Assembly (NCBI GenBank): GCA_002269645.1
Contig: NIVC01001603.1
Location: forward strand, 70,528 to 134,527
Length of the DNA stretch: 64,000 bases
Direction of reading: 5' to 3'
DNA from: Macrostomum lignano
Taxonomy: Eukaryota
Positions 62,208 through 64,000 of the stretch are shown in pieces. The notes beneath the pieces are model-generated. The model was given only the letters and a program-made list of their open reading frames with translations. It did not search any database and was not told where the DNA came from. The position numbers were made by a program, and so were the translations under genes. The first letter of the stretch is position 1; each line of letters begins with the position of its first letter.

Positions 62208-63608
62208 GGCAATAGTGCAGTTTCGTTCACGAAATTATTTTTCGTTTAAATTTGAAAGTTCGAAAGGAGAAAACAATAACAACGATGTTTTAAACCATTC
62301 TAGCGACTTGCTGCAGTCAGCAAAGCATCAGGAAGGACTCTTTCTTCAAGCGTAGTCACCTGACACTGCAGCAGCTTGTCACCTTGCTGTACTGCTGGGC
62401 CAGGAATGAGACCAAGATGGCCGTGATGCACAAGTGTCGCGTTAGCAATCATATGGCTACGGCTGTGGACTGGCTCAACTTTGTTAGAGACATTTGCTAC
62501 CAGTACATGGCAATACTTCATTGACCACCCGATGCAACTTGGTGGACTTGGCACTACTGTTGAAATTGATGAAAGCAATTTTTTTCATTGCAAATACCAG
62601 CAGGGTGCATACCGACACCGTGAGGGTCATTGGGTCCTTGGCATGGTAGAAAAGGGTAGCCCCAAGTGTGTGATTGTTGTGCCTAACAGGTCTGCTCAAA
62701 CACTGCTTCCTGTAATCCAGCAGTTTGTCCTGCCTGTGCCTGGCACATGGATCTTGACTGATGGTTGGCAAGCCTACAACCAAGTGGTGAATGTAGTTGG
62801 TGGCCATGGAGACCATGGTGTCTTAAACCATCAATTCCATTTCGTGGACCCAAATGATGCGACTCTCCATACCAACACAATTGAGAGAATATGAGTGCAT
62901 TGCAAGGCCAAATTCAGGGCCATGCATGGAACAAGTGATGCCCTCTTTGAGAGCCACATCTAGGAGTTTATGTGATGCCAACTGTTTGGAGCAAACAGAG
63001 CTTTTGGAAACATGCTTTTTTGGATTTGCCATTAGTACAGTGCCTAGTGACAAGCTCTGTATCCTGGGTTTTTTTTGCCAGAGACAAGGTGCAAAATCGC
63101 ACTTTGTGCCAAATTTCAAGATGCGATTTTAAGGCTCAGAGTGCAATTTCTCTTGAGTCTTGTTTCAGACAACTGGGAATGTATATTTTAATATTTTACA
63201 TAAGGCTATAGCCATAGGCTATATCGCCCATATGACTTAATAGGATTTAAAGAGTGATTTTGTGTCATATTTTAAGGCAGTGCATGAAAAATAGCTTAAG
63301 CATGGCTAAGCCTTTAAAGAAAAATGGTTATAAGACCGCACTTAAACCGCATCTACTTTTTTAATTTTAGGGTGCAATTTTAAAATTTAGGGTGCATATG
63401 CACACTCTGCGCACAAAAAAACCCTGTCTGTATCTGCCACTAGAACACAATGACGAGTTGGAAAGTTCAGCAAACAGGGAGCTAAAAACTCTGCCAAAAT
63501 TGTTAGAATGGTTTAAAACATCAATTTTTATTATTGTTATTGTTTTCTGCTTTTGAACTTTCAAATTTAAATGAAAAATAATTTCGCAAACAAAACTGCA
63601 CTATTACC
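62208..63608 (+). mobile_element. Merlin (IS1595/ISXO2-like DDE) DNA transposon, 5'-deleted and inactive
   Basis: ~95-bp TIRs starting GG(C/T)AATAGTGCAG; 8-bp TSD CCATACTC / CTATACTC. Transposase relic SIRKDSFF...VEIDES...HWVLG...ILTDGWQAY...NHQFHFVDP...HTNTIE with a frameshift near 62510 and stops. Confidence 0.9.
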
Positions 63609-64000
63609 CTATACTCAGAGATACTTAAACATTAGATGGGTTACTTAATACAAATTTGCTTTATTATCTATGGCCATACTAGTCTAGGCCTAGCCCTAGG
63701 CCTACTTAATACTTAATACTCACATAGGTAAATGAGTTAAATCAGTGCATGTTTTATGATACAAGCTGGTAGTGGTAGGCCTACAGCTAATAGAAGTTAA
63801 TCCAACTGACACATACATGCGCAACCTCCAAAATTTGGTCGGCCATGCAACTTAGTTTTAACAAAAATACAATGTAGTTTTTGGCCAAAAATGCAAAAAA
63901 ACCTAAAGCAAAATTAACTTTGGGTAAACGACAAGAGTAACTATGTCTTATTAAGCCAAAAGGCCTCGTCAGCTACTTAGTACTACTACTTGGGTGTTTT

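Overview
Eukaryotic (invertebrate animal) genomic DNA. Short introns, Ala/Ser/Gln-rich proteins and very dense minisatellites resemble a free-living flatworm such as Macrostomum, but this is inference and was not checked. Four conserved genes can be read. (1) A 3-exon 5-HT7-like serotonin GPCR (+, 143-8412) with about 5 single-base frameshifts in exon 1. (2) A WDR6/Trm734 gene (-, 42905 to 13717) that I assembled by hand as 20 phase-consistent coding exons (~1172 codons). It has one in-frame TGA in exon 5, a near-exact 3.6-kb tandem duplication carrying its last exon, about 20 different tandem-repeat arrays in its introns, and an opposite-strand small membrane-protein ORF nested in intron 1. 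(3) An intronless RBM19/MRD1 (-) that seems to lack the fifth of the six usual RRMs. (4) A 2-exon RING + 3xSH3 POSH/SH3RF-like gene (-). Mobile elements include two tRNA-derived SINE families (one CORE-like), a deleted PIF/Harbinger, a foldback MITE, a hAT-like MITE, a decayed mariner and a decayed Merlin. The most striking signal is the transposon block at ~53.5-63.9 kb. It is almost free of CpG, its mariner is broken mainly by TAG/TAA stops, and paired TIR/TSD copies differ largely by C>T at both CpG and CpA. This resembles fungal repeat-induced point mutation (RIP) but sits in an animal genome. All counts were made by eye.
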